64,000 nucleotides of DNA from Octopus sinensis (GCF_006345805.1 NC_042997.1:91450001-91514000), one strand, 5' to 3'; positions 27,836 to 39,796 are shown, numbered from the stretch's first letter. Numbers and translations: made by a program. The notes: generated by a model not told the origin, from the sequence alone.

Positions 27836-28556
27836 CCATGTGACATCGGATCTTTGTGTTCGTAACACCAAAACGTTCAGAAGTTTTAGTACCAGGGTAC
27901 ATAATCGAGAAAGAGATATGGCCGAACATAGTATCAGCCATCAGGTTGGGTAGCGATTTGAGAATAGTAGTTGTTCGAGGGCAGAAAGCAGTGTTTTTTA
28001 TTATCCACTGTCCCTGATCCAAAAAATGAAATACACACCAGCGACCTTCATCTGTATTATTCACTTTCCACCGTCCTGGGACTTTGCTATCATCCGGCCA
28101 AACCTGAAAGAATTCTTCTGAAATTTCTTCAAAGTTCTGACTTAGGATTTTCAAGTCGTTTTGGAATGATTTCAAATGGTTACAATCCTCCGTTGCAGCA
28201 GTCTGGTCTCCATACCACCAAGGACGGGATTGTATTTTTTCTAAACGAAAAACTGTGGGGTTGCGAACATATTTGTTCGATATATGAACTTGACCAGGAG
28301 CCAAATAATGGAACTGTGTACTCAGACTATTTTGTATTCGGCTCAAACCATTGTTACCCTGCTTGAGAATGTGAAGGGTTAGTTGCCTTCTAGCAGCTCG
28401 TAACACCGACAATTTACAATTACATTGCAACGAAGAGCAGTTGTGTTTCTCTCGCACACGCCATGTCTTCTGTAGGTGTCGATAGAGGCAATAGGTAGCT
28501 AAGATGACCACCAACAGCACCCACCCATTCATAGCTAACTCAACCATGGGCGCCAT
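27836..28556 (-). CDS. ASPHD2: Aspartate beta-hydroxylase domain-containing protein (ASPHD1/ASPHD2-like), coding exon 1
   Basis: ATG at 28556 in caaaATGg context; N-terminal hydrophobic anchor WVLLVVILATYCLY; AspH-family motifs GRWCVFHF..QG, CPRTT..L, FG.ISFSIMYPG, TN.KIRCHMG; ends at phase-1 donor G|gtaagt (27836/27835). Orthology to ASPHD1 versus ASPHD2 is unresolved. Confidence 0.9.
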
Positions 28557-29809
28557 TTTGCAGTTATGAATGGCGAACGGAACGAGGGCAAAAAGAAAAA
28601 CTAACCATGAACAGTAGCAGGAATATACAACAACGGCAGAGAGAAAGAGAATTAAACCGCTTCTGACTGACAGGATTATTCCGATGTCTTATCGATCCAC
28701 TTTCTTCCAACTACACGAGGTTAACTTCCAGCACTTCATTCTGACGCCACCAGATGAGCCGCTAACGTAGTCGCTCAAACTGCTCGAAACAGCAGCTAAA
28801 TTTCCTCAAATCACATCTTATGTTAAATACAAAACACATTTAACAATGTGCTCCTACATAGGCAAAAAGACGAGGTTGTTCTGGATAGAATACGTCTGAT
28901 TATATATCCTCTTGACCATAACTCACCTGAGATCAAATAACAACAATACTAACTCTCCCACCGTTTCTCAACTGTCGCGCAGAATACTGCAGAATTCTTC
29001 ATACATTAAAGAACATAGACGATACACTTTATAAAAAGAGTAATATTTAATCAGCGAGCTTCAGATTTAGTGGAATTTTGAACAAAACATACTGAACATA
29101 TGATGTAAGTGAAGTAAAAATAAAATGAGAATAAAGATAGTCAGCTATCAGAAATAAGATGCATATCCCCAATCGATGTATTTTCAGGTGACCAAATTTC
29201 TTGACAGTTAACTGGGAGTAAGCTGCTACTAGTAAGCCAATATAGTATTAATTGTTGATACTGCATTAGCCGACTGTACTTTCCGAATACTACACAATCA
29301 CATGGTGAAGTACCAAAGAAAACAGCTGCAATAAAGTAACAAAGAAAATAACGAAAGTAAACTAACAAACAAACATAAAATAAAAGCTGAAGCGTGTAAC
29401 GATAGCAAAAACAAAAAACACCGTTGGATACCTGTACCCAGCATGCAACGCACGTTGCTATGGGCAACTAAATAGCGTCGTTTTTATTATTTAAAATTAG
29501 TTCTTGTATGGTATTTATACGCATAACACACTTTGCTTGTTTTAGCAAATAAAATCTGCCATTTAAAATATTCATTAAATACGATTTTCTTTTTACCTTG
29601 CTCAAGTTATTATGATAAGATACATAAATTTTAAAAAAATGTTCTTTTAATCAATTGATTGCCTAGAGCTATTGGTACTATTTGATAGGTCGGTTTTGTT
29701 TTCCTGACAGCTCCGCTTTCTGAGTCGCAAAGTGACAGATTTGTTGATCCAAACTTGAATCAGTGTCTTTTTTATCGTTAGATGTGGAGTGAAAAGACGA
29801 TGTTTAGCT
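28557..29809. promoter_or_regulatory. Divergent promoter/5'UTR region shared by the ASPHD-like gene and DNAH10
   Basis: Lies between two divergent start codons; visibly richer in CpG than the introns. Transcription starts cannot be seen directly. Confidence 0.75.
29454..29468. promoter_or_regulatory. RFX X-box
   Basis: GTTGCT-ATG-GGCAAC fits GTNRCY-N(0-3)-RGYAAC, about 340 bp upstream of an axonemal dynein start codon. Confidence 0.75.
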
Positions 29810-30026
29810 ATGGATGATCTGAGGGTGGAATGGATCAGGGATCAGGTTTTTCTGGCCTTAGATTTACATAAACACGAAGTTTTCAACGAATTTCTCGATC
29901 GGGATGAGCAAATAGTAGAAAGTCAATTAGCAGAGTACCTGAATGAAACACCAAAAGATGGAAAAACTTCTCTTATTTTCTATAAAATCTCAAGAATTGA
30001 AGATCAGTTGATCGAAATAGAAAGTG
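29810..30026 (+). CDS. DNAH10: Dynein axonemal heavy chain 10, coding exon 1
   Basis: MDDLRVEWIRDQVFLAL...FNEFLDRDEQ resembles the DNAH10 N-terminus as I recall it (MDDLRV.W.RDRV); donor G|gtaag, phase 1. Confidence 0.85.
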
Positions 30027-33000
30027 GTAAGATTACAGTTTTAAATATAAGTCTTTTACTAAAGCTATCGTGTCAGATCTTTATTTTATTTTGAAGTTCC
30101 TAATAACTTCAGTTGTAAGGATAGAATCTTCACTTTTTTTTTAAAATTCAAATTTTAATATAATGAAATGAACCGATTATAGTTTATTGTTTGGTTGACT
30201 GCTGTAAAGAAGCTCCCTTATACTTTTCTTTCCCTCCACTCCAAAAAAAAAAAAAAAAAAGATATAGTAAATGATACAAAGTATATTCTATGTCAGAAAC
30301 TTAAAAAAATACCAATTCAATGCTCACTATGTCATTAAAGATAAAAAGAAAGTATTTATGTAGGTTGTAGAGTGTGGCTGTTGCCAGTACGGCCTGGCTG
30401 GTCCTTGTGCCGGTGGCACGTAAAAGCATCCACTACACTCTCTGAGTGGTTGGCGTTAGGAAGGGCATCCAGATCAGATTGGAGTCTGATGCAGCCATCT
30501 GATTTGCCAAACCTCAGTCAAATCGTCCAACCCATGCTAGCATGGAAAGCAGACGTTAAACGATGATGATGATGTATTCCATTATAAAATTAATCTTATA
30601 TGTCAGAGATAATACCAAATGCACCAGCATTTAACAGTGAGTGAGGTTTTGATGTGACTCTCTACACTTAGAAAAACAATGAGAATAATGATATTTTACT
30701 TTCGAATGATGATGACTTTTTGAAGCTGTCAAAACGAAAACGTTTTTTTTGTTGAAAAAGAATTGATTTCTTACTTTGGTACAAGGCTGCAATTTGAACG
30801 ATTGAAAAGAATTCTTAATATCATCATCAACATCATCGTTTAAAGTTCACTTTTCCATGTTTACCTGGGTTGGATGGAGTATATTTGAGGTCAAATTTTC
30901 TATGACTGGATGTCCTTCCTGTCACCAACCCTCACTTGGTTCCAGGTAATATTTCTTATGGCCAGACATGTTCACACATGGTCTCACACTCATACACTTA
31001 TATACATGCATACATACATGTATGAATACATACATATGTGTGTGTATGTTGGACTTCTTTCAGTTTCTGTCTACCAAATCCACTCACAAGACTTTGGTAG
31101 GTCCAAGGCTATAGTAGAAGACACTTGCCCAAGGTGCCACACAGTGAGACTGAACCTGGGACTATGTGGTTTGGAAGCAAACTTCTCAACACACAGCTCT
31201 GTCAGGTGGATAAAAGGAATGGTTGATCCGAAGGAGAAATGAAGTAAAACTGTAAAAGAACAAATAAATACAGCTAAACATTTTGTCCAGTGCTTTAAAG
31301 TTCCAGCTATCCAAATTAAATCATTTTATCACTCACAAATTGTAGGTTCAGTTGTAATTTTGAATTCACATCATGTAGATATCTAGCATTTTGATGTTCT
31401 GCTTGTGTCATCCCACTGCACTTTCCTATTGAATAATGGGTTAATTATTTTCCATATCACTCATACCTATTGGCCAAATACCTTTCAGAAGCATTAAGTA
31501 AATAAGTGATGGGGTTTGATCTGGCACTCCATCACTATCATCTATCTTCTTCACAGCTACTTCCACCCACTCTTATACAATGAGGGTAACTATCTATCTT
31601 CTCTCTAGCAAGACAGTTGTGCTTGATCCTCTATCATATTTTAACCTTCCAACACCTGGCATAAAGCCATCTCTTCCTTTTTCAACTACTCCTACCACTT
31701 AGCTGAGAGGGCTTTTTCCTTTCCTTTTCTTGTCTCTCCTGTCTTGTAAGTTACTTGGCAACCTCACTTATACCAGAGGCATGAAAAAACACCCAATACA
31801 CACTGTAAAGTGGTTGGTGCTGCGAAGGGCATCCAGCTGTCAAAATCATGCCAAAGCTTATGTTGCAGCATGATTGAGCTCTGTGGCTTGCTAGATCTTG
31901 TTATCATTTAACAGATGTTAAATGACAATGATGATTCTTCATTTGGACTACAATTATCAATTCATCATCATCATCATTTAACGTCTGTTGTCCATGTTGG
32001 CATGGGTTGGATGGTTTGACTGGGCTGGCATGCTGGAAGGCTGCACTAGACTCCAGTCTGATTTGGCATGGTTTTCTATGGCTGGATGCCCTTCCTAATG
32101 CCAACCACTCTGAGAGTGTAATGGGCGCTTTTATGTGCCACCAGCATGGGTGCCAGTTTGTTTGACACTAATATCTGCCATGTCTGCAATTTTGCTCGAC
32201 TTGATGGGTCTTCTTCTTAAGCATGACATAATGTCAAAGGTCTTGGTCATTGCCTCCTTGAAGCCTAATGCTCGAAAGGAATGCAACCACTTTGCCTCTG
32301 TCAGGCCCAGTGCTCGAGAGGAACTCAGCTACTTTGCCTATGTGAGGCACAATGCTCAAAAGGAACTCAGCTACTTTGCCTCTGTAAGGCCCAACGTTAA
32401 AAAAATTGTCTATATGTGCCACCAGCATGGGTGCGCTCGGCTTGACGGGTCCTCTCAAGCACAGCATGTCGCCAAAGGTCTCAGTCACCTGTCATTGCCT
32501 CTGTGAGGCTTAAAGTTTGAAGATCATGCTTCACCACCTCATCCCATGTCTTCCTATGTCTATCTCTATCACAGAAGTGTTGAAACTGCTCCTTCTGGTG
32601 GTGTAAAGCACTTGTGGCAGAGCTGTGAAAAGTACCCATGTAGTGACCTGTGTGGCATCACATAAAAGCATCCATGTAGCATCACATAAAAGTGCCTGTC
32701 TGGTGCCATGTAAAAGCACCCAGCACACTCTGTAAAGTGGTTGGCACTTGGAAGGGCATCCTGCCATAGAAAGCATGCCAAATCAGCCTGGTGCAACTTG
32801 CCAGCTCCGGTCACAGTTTCAACCCATGATAATGTAACCTTCATATAATTCAGCCTGATAAGTAGCTTGCTGAGTACCCCTCTTTGAGTAATTATTACAT
32901 CGGAGGATCTGCTTGCTAGGAAACATATGTAGTCTGGATTTTTCCTGTTTCTCTCTCTCAATTTGGATTTTTATTGGCATTCATAGCAACTCAAGTTGCT

Positions 33001-33429
33001 AACTGCAAGCTATAAAAACTTTTTTTTAACTTATTGAACTTTGAAATGCGAAAAGCCTACCACCTTTAGTGCCAACAAATTATTGTTCCTGAACATTTTT
33101 TATACCTACATGGGTACTTGGAGCTTCGAAACTTTCTACACTTCAATTCTTGATCTTATAATCACACACACACACGTGTGTGTGTGTATATATATATATG
33201 TATCATCATCATCATTATATAATGTCCACCTTCTATGCATACATATATGTACATATATAAATATGTATATATATATATATATATATAATCATCATCATCA
33301 TTGTTTAACATCCATTTTCCACGCTAGCATGGGTTGGAAGGTTCGACCAGGGTCTGGGAAGCCAGGAGGCTGCACCAGGCTCCAGTTTGATATATATATA
33401 TATATCCATTCATATAAACATATACATAC

Positions 33430-34168
33430 AATGACTAGTGACCGAGACCTTTGGAAATATGCCGTACGTGAGAAGACCAGGCAAACCAAATGAAACCATA
33501 ACCTCATGGCCTATGCCAGGGGTGTAACCAGCCCACTTATGCGTACCTTTTCCTCCTTTGGACACTAAAACTCTGCTTGTGAAGACCTGTTGAGGCAAGT
33601 GAAATCAATCAACCAATCAAAAGCAAAATCAAATTCGATGACTGGCGTCCGTGCTAGCAGGGTGCAAAGAGTACCATACGAGTGTGATTACTGCCAGCAG
33701 CTAACCGACTATCGTGCCAGTGGCACTTAAAGGGCACCATTTGAGCATGATCATTACCAGCGTCGCCTTACTAGCACTTGTGCCCATGCTAGTAGGGTGC
33801 CAAGAGCACCATCCAAGCATGATCGTTGCCAGAGCAGCCAACTGGCTTCCGTGCCAGTGGGCACATAAAAGGGCGCCATTCGAGCATGATCGTTACCAAA
33901 ATCGCCTTCTGGCACCTGTGCTGGTGGCATGTATAAAAGGATTTGAGTGAGGTCGTTGCCAGTACTGCCTGACTGGCCCCTGTGCCGGTGGTATGTAAAA
34001 GCACCCACTACACTCTCGGAGTGGTTGGCGTTAGGAAGGGCATCCAGCTGTAGAAACTCTGCTAAATCAAGACTGGAGCCTGGTGCAGCCATCTGGCTTG
34101 CCAGCCCTCAGTCAAAATCGTCCAACCCATGCTAGCATAGAAAGCGGACGTTAAACAATGATGATGAT
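33430..34168 (+). mobile_element. RTE 3'-end element with (GAT)n tail; the most abundant family in the window (e.g. 346-575, 10900-11305, 25190-25660, 30375-30575, 31720-32830, 45820-46225, 59508-59830, 60985-61367, 63490-63930)
   Basis: Shared GTGGTTGGCGTTAGGAAGGGCATCCAGCTGTAGAAAC ... CCAACCCATGCTAGCATGGAAAGCGGACGTTAAA-(GAT)n, homologous to the 3' end of the RTE LINE at 37570-39300. Confidence 0.88.
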
Positions 34169-34181
34169 ACATACATATATA

Positions 34182-35442
34182 CAAGGTTTGGACAAAATAA
34201 TGGAAACACCTAACACCATAGCATCATAATTTTGAAATATCTATAAAACCATCAAAAGTTTCTTTATTTTTATGTTTTTGATTTATTATTAATGTTGCTT
34301 AATATGTTTTGCTAAAATTACAGCTTCTTTTCAGATATCATTAGAAAAAGGTAATTAAAATTCATAAAAATGTCAGATCTATTTGACTTTCAAAGAGGTC
34401 AAATTGTTGATGCTTGTATGGCAGGTGCTAGCGTAATGAAAACAGCTGAAATGTTTGGTGTATCAAAAGGTACTGTCCCGAAAGTAATGACAGCCTTTGA
34501 GAAAGAGGGAAAAACTTCCTCGTCAAAACAGAACTCTGAAAGAAAACCAAAACTTTCAGATAGGGACTGTTGGACTCTTAAACAATTTGTAAGAAATGAT
34601 CACAAAAGTACAGCTCCCACAATTACTGCAGAGCTTAATGACCACTTTGAGAACCTAGTTTCCACAAAAACTGTTCGCTGAGACAAAGCCAGATTTCACA
34701 GGAAGGCTGCAATCAGAAAACCACTACTTTCAAAAACAAACGTTGCACAGTGTTTAGAGTGGAGTAAAAACCTACAGAATTGGTCCCCAGAGCAGTGGAA
34801 GAATGTTATTTTCTTGGATGAGTCATCCTTTACCCTATTTCCGGCTGAGTATATGTGTTGAGACAGCCAAAAGAAACATTTGACCCAGACTGCCTTCTTC
34901 CAAGTGTTAAACATGGAGAAGGATCTGTGATGTTCTGGGGGGGCTATATCTTGGAAATCCGCTGGCCCAATGGTTTCCCTTCATGGCAGAATTAATAGTC
35001 AAAACTATTTAAGCATTTTACCTGATCAAATTCATCCTATGGTTGCAGAACTGTTTCTGGAGGAAACACAAATTTTCAGGATGATAATGCACCAATTCAC
35101 ACAGCCAAAGTTGTTACTGAATGGCACGAGGAACATTCTAGTGATGTTGAACATCTTATCTGGTTACCACAGTCCCCAGATCTCAATATTATTGAACATT
35201 TATGGTACATTTCAGAAAAATAAGTAAGGAGTCAATATCCTCCACCATCATCACTACAAGGATTGGAGACTGTTTTAGTTGAAGAATGGATAAAAATTCC
35301 TTTGGGAACAATTCAAACTTTGTATGAGGCCATACCTCATAGAATTCAAGCTGTAATTACTGCTAAAGGTGGTCCTACCCCATATTAAAATAAATTTGTT
35401 TGAAATTTTAAGGTGTTTCCATTATTTTGCCCAACCCCTTTG
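34182..35442 (+). mobile_element. Full-length defective Tc1-family transposon
   Basis: TA|CAAGGTTTGGACAAAATAATGGAAACACC ... GGTGTTTCCATTATTTTGCCCAACCCCTTTG|TA; transposase from 34370 (MSDLFDFQRGQIV, W.NVIFLDES, QDDNAPIH, SPDLNIIEHLW) with stops and frameshifts. Confidence 0.92.
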
Positions 35443-35452
35443 TATACATACA

Positions 35453-35488
<36 letters not shown>

Positions 35489-35661
35489 TATATATTAAAA
35501 ATATGATAAAATCTTTAAAAGAATTTATCAAGTAGTCAGTGTGAAAAGCCTCATAAGGGAAAATTTTAAAATTTTCCCCTTTAAATATATTTATTTATAT
35601 TAAGGGAATTACTATGCAGAATCTCTCATAGCATGTATAGTAATACTATGTATAGTAATGC

Positions 35662-35729
<68 letters not shown>

Positions 35730-36051
35730 GTATATATATAAATATATACCTAAATACAAATATATATGTACACACACATATGTATGTAGTAATAGTAATA
35801 ATAAAAATATATATCTATGTATATATATATGTATGTGTGTATATACATACACACATACATACATATATATTTTTTATTATTACTAGGTCTATACCCATTG
35901 CTAAGCTGCCTGCAAAAATATTTCTTAATCATGCATGTATCTTCTTTTAATAGTAGACTTTTATATAATGGAAGTTGCATTAGTTACTATGGTAAGAACA
36001 GTCAACCTATCTATCTTTCACACACACACACACACCACACACACACACACA

Positions 36052-36082
<31 letters not shown>

Positions 36083-36929
36083 CACTCTCACTCTCACTCA
36101 CTGTATTTCTCTCTTAAAAACAACAATCTATTTTTTCTTAAAACAAATTTTAATTCTAACTTTCACTTTCTCTCTCTCTCTTTCTCCCTTTCTCTCTCTC
36201 ACTCTCTCACTGAATTTCTGTCTCAACAACAACAGCCTGTCATTATAGTGAAAGTCTTTCTTTGAAGTATGTGTTGCATTGCTTTGTCTCTATGGTGAAA
36301 AACATACAGAAACACACACACTCACACACAAACAGTCAAAATATTAACTATTTACATTGTTATATAATGAAAGTCTTTTCTTTTGAAGCTGTGCTGTGTT
36401 GACAGACTTGCACGTAAAATTCCTATGTTTTTAATCAAAACTTGTTAGTGACAATACTACCGACCTATCTACTTACCTACCTACCTACCTACCTACCTAA
36501 CTATCTATCTATCCATCTATCATCTTTCTTTCTTTCTTTCTTTCACACTGTCTTTTTCTGTCAACAACTTTTCACCTCCCTTTATTCTCAAAATACATTG
36601 CGATGTATATTTTGAGTCCTCCCCTTCTTTCACTCCCTCTAATAAATGTTGTGACGGATAGACAGACAGACAAAGATCTAATTCTCATGAGACAACAAGT
36701 TAGAAGTTCAAGTTGGTGTATAACTAGGGTATCACATTTTTGGTTTTGCACAGAGTATTGTTCTAGAGAATGTCAGTCAAAGCATAAGAAAATTAGAAGT
36801 TTGTTTTAAAAGTAATTTGGTGATAAGATAATAGTGTCATCTTAAGATGACAGTAAAAGGTATTTGCTATTATGTACATTTAAAAGTACTTTTGACAATG
36901 TTTAACGATTAAGATGTTTTTGGAATTAC

Positions 36930-37345
36930 ACATATAATATTTTTTGTAGGCTATAAGCAGTTTCCATGAGTACTATTTTTAAAATTTCTTCCATTTTTGT
37001 ATTTCCTGGTATCTGAGATAGGTAGCAATCAGCCCCTTTTTGCTATCATTCCTAGGGCACCTATGACAACAGGTATTGTTTTAGTCTTGAGGTTCCAGAT
37101 TTTGCCAATTTCTATTTCAAGGTCTTTATATTTGCTCAGTTTTTGGTAGGTCTTGACAGATACATTTATATCAATTGGGACAGTCATATTGATGAGGAAG
37201 CATGATTTCTGTCTAGAATCCTTCAATATAATGTCTGGCCTATTTGCATCTATCTTTCTGTCAGCTTGAACATTGAAGTTCCAAGGGAAAGAGCTGTGAT
37301 CATTTTGAAGCACTGGAGATGGTTTATGTCCCCACCAGTTTTTTA
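36930..37345 (-). mobile_element. R4/Dong-type non-LTR element 3' fragment (restriction-like endonuclease)
   Basis: W.F.VQADRKIDANRPDII...KLSKYKDLEIEI..IW....IPVVIGALG; abuts an (ATT)n array. Confidence 0.8.
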
Positions 37346-37346
37346 A

Positions 37347-37385
<39 letters not shown>

Positions 37386-37569
37386 CATGGTACTGAGCTG
37401 GTAGAATCATTAGCACACTGGGTGAAATGCTTAGCGATATTTCATCCGTCTTAACATTCTGAGTTCAAATTCTGCCAAGGTCGACCTTGCCTTTCATCCT
37501 TTCTGGGTTGATTAAATAAGTACCAGTTGTCCCTCAAATTTCAGGCCTTGTGCCTTTAGTAGAAAGGAT

Positions 37570-39299
37570 TCATCATCATCATCGTTTAACGTCCGTTTTC
37601 CGCGCTAGCACAGGTTGGACGGTTTGACCGGGGTCTGGGAAGCCAGGAGCTGCACCAGGCTCCAGTCCAAACTGGCAGTGTTTCTACAGCTGGATGCCCT
37701 TCCTAATGCCAACCACTCCGTGAGTGTAGTGGGTGCCTTTTACGTGCCAGGGTAGTCTGGCATCGGCCACGATCGGTTGGTGCTTTTAACGTGCCACCAG
37801 CACAGAAGCCAGCCAAGGCGGCGCTGGCATTGGCCACGTTCAGATGGTGCTTTTTATGTGCCATTGGCACAGGTATCACAACTACTATTTCCATTGATAT
37901 TTGTTTCGATGTTCATGTTCATGTACTTGACTCAACAGGTCTCCTCAAGCACAGCGGGATGTTCTGGGATCCAAGGTACTTTGAATGGGCAGGGGCTATG
38001 CGGAACTGGTGCAGGAAGCAGCCCAGGTCTTTGCAGTCACAGCACATCTCCAGAGATCTCGGTCCTTCGCCATTGCCTCAGTGAGGCCCAATGCTCTGAG
38101 GTCATGCTTGACTACCTCTTCCCATGTCTTCCTGGGTCTACCTCGCCCTGATTCCTTCAACTGTTTGGGAGCGGCACTTCTTCACACATCTCTCCTCATC
38201 CATCCGCAGTACATGACCATACCATCGCAAGCGTCGCTCTTGCTTCTTATGTCCAGCATTTCTCTCAGGGTGCTTACACTCTGTCATGCATGCACACTGA
38301 CATTACACATCCAGCGGATCATGCTAGCTTCATTTCTTTCAAGTCTACGCATGTCCTCTGCAGTCATGGCCCATGTTTCACTACTGTGAAGCATGGCAGT
38401 TCGCACACATGCATCATACAATCTACCTTTCACTCTGAGTGAGATACCCTTTGTCGCCAATAGGGGTAGGAGCTTTCTAAACTTTGCCCAGGCTATTCGT
38501 ATTCTAGTGGTGACACTCTCTGAGCATCCACCTCTACTACTAACTTGGTCACCCAGGTAGCGGAAACTATCGACTACTTCTAGTTTCTCCCCCTGGAGTG
38601 TGATGGAATCTGTTTTCTGAGTATTTGTGGTGTCTATTGTCCCTGTGCATCTGCCGCACATGAAAGCTATCTTATCAGTTAATTTCCCTTTGATGTTGCT
38701 GCACCTCTTATGCGTCCATAGCTTACACTGGGTGCATCTTATGGAGTTTCTACCTACACCTTTCCTACAGATCGAGCAGGGCCACCTGCTCGATGGGGTG
38801 TGTGCTGAGTTTGCCTTTCTGCTTACTATAACTTTGGTCTTTGCTACATTTACTCTAAGGCCCTTTGATTCTAACCCTTGTTTCCACACCCGAAATTTCT
38901 TTACTAGTTCCAGTAGTGATTCTGCTATGAGAGCCAGGTCATCAGCATAGAGGAGCTCCCAGGGGCAACCTGTTTTGAATTCCTCTGTTATTGCCTGGAG
39001 GACTATGATGAATAAAAGGGGACTGAGGGCTGAGCCTTGGTGTACACCTACTTCTACCCGGAATTCTTTACTATATTCGTTGCCAATCCTAACCTTGCTG
39101 ACAGCCTCTCTGCATAGGGCCTGTACAGCCCTTATTAGCCATTCGTCAATCTCCAGTTTCCGCATCGACCACCAGATAAGGGATCGGGGGACCCTGTCAA
39201 AAGCTTTCTCCAAGTCCACAAAAGCTATGTAGTGGGGTTTATCTTTAGCTAGGTACTTCTCCTGCAGTTGTCGGACCAGGAATATAGCATCAGTGGTGC

Positions 39300-39300
<1 letters not shown>
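37570..39300 (-). mobile_element. 5'-truncated RTE-clade LINE: RT ORF 38284..39219 plus 3' UTR and (GAT)n tail
   Basis: DLEKAFDRVPR, GVHQGSALSPLLFI, LLYADDLAL, FRYLGD, KGRLYDACVR; tail appears as (CAT)n at ~37570 on the plus strand. Confidence 0.92.
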
Positions 39301-39334
<34 letters not shown>

Positions 39335-39425
39335 CATTATTATAATTAATATTATTATTATTATTATTATTATAATTAATATTATTATTATTATTATTAT
39401 CATCATCATCATCATCATCATTATC
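39301..39425. repeat. (TTA)n/(TCA)n trinucleotide microsatellite
   Basis: Direct inspection. Confidence 0.95.
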
Positions 39426-39439
39426 ATTTTGTCCATCCT

Positions 39440-39625
39440 TGTTGATGATAATCAAAGACATTACACAGGAGAAGAGGGGGCACAGTGTGTCTGGCTGTAG
39501 CCAATCAGTCTGATGCAGGCTGAGAAGGCTCTGCTGCAGGTTGGGCACTGGTCTGTTGGGACTGAAGGCAAGGTGTTGGCTCTGATCTTGTGTAGTTCAT
39601 GTTCTCTTTGCGACTCTGTAATCTG
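39440..39625 (-). mobile_element. RTE/BovB-like LINE extreme 3' fragment
   Basis: CPTCSRAFSACIRLIGYSQTH, a decayed C-terminal C2H2 motif, followed by a short UTR and simple-repeat tail. Confidence 0.55.
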
Positions 39626-39706
39626 TAAGCACACATAAATATACATACATACATACATACATACATACATACACACGAGTGTATACCATATACATTTTAT
39701 TAACAG

Positions 39707-39796
39707 AATATACTGTTCACTCTACTGATGAAATAAAAGTTGATACTGAAGGGTTGGAAAATAGCATTGGTGATCCTGATGAACAACTATTAGCAG
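39707..39796 (+). CDS. DNAH10: DNAH10 coding exon 2
   Basis: taacag|AATAT...GCAG|gtaagt; 90 nt, phase 1-1, open acidic peptide EYTVHSTDEIKVDTEGLENSIGDPDEQLLA. Confidence 0.7.

Noticed and set aside
27971-28366. 131-aa ORF antisense to ASPHD exon 1
   Set aside because: Shadow ORF of a coding exon with a non-ATG start and no motifs.
29690-29710. Acceptor-like ttttgttttcctgacag suggesting a DNAH10 5'UTR intron
   Set aside because: Plausible, but no confident upstream donor or exon can be assigned without transcript data.
35883-36680. Possible minus-strand Helitron (CTAG at 35884, GACA repeats near 36660)
   Set aside because: No clear subterminal hairpin or 5' TC end; mostly simple repeats.
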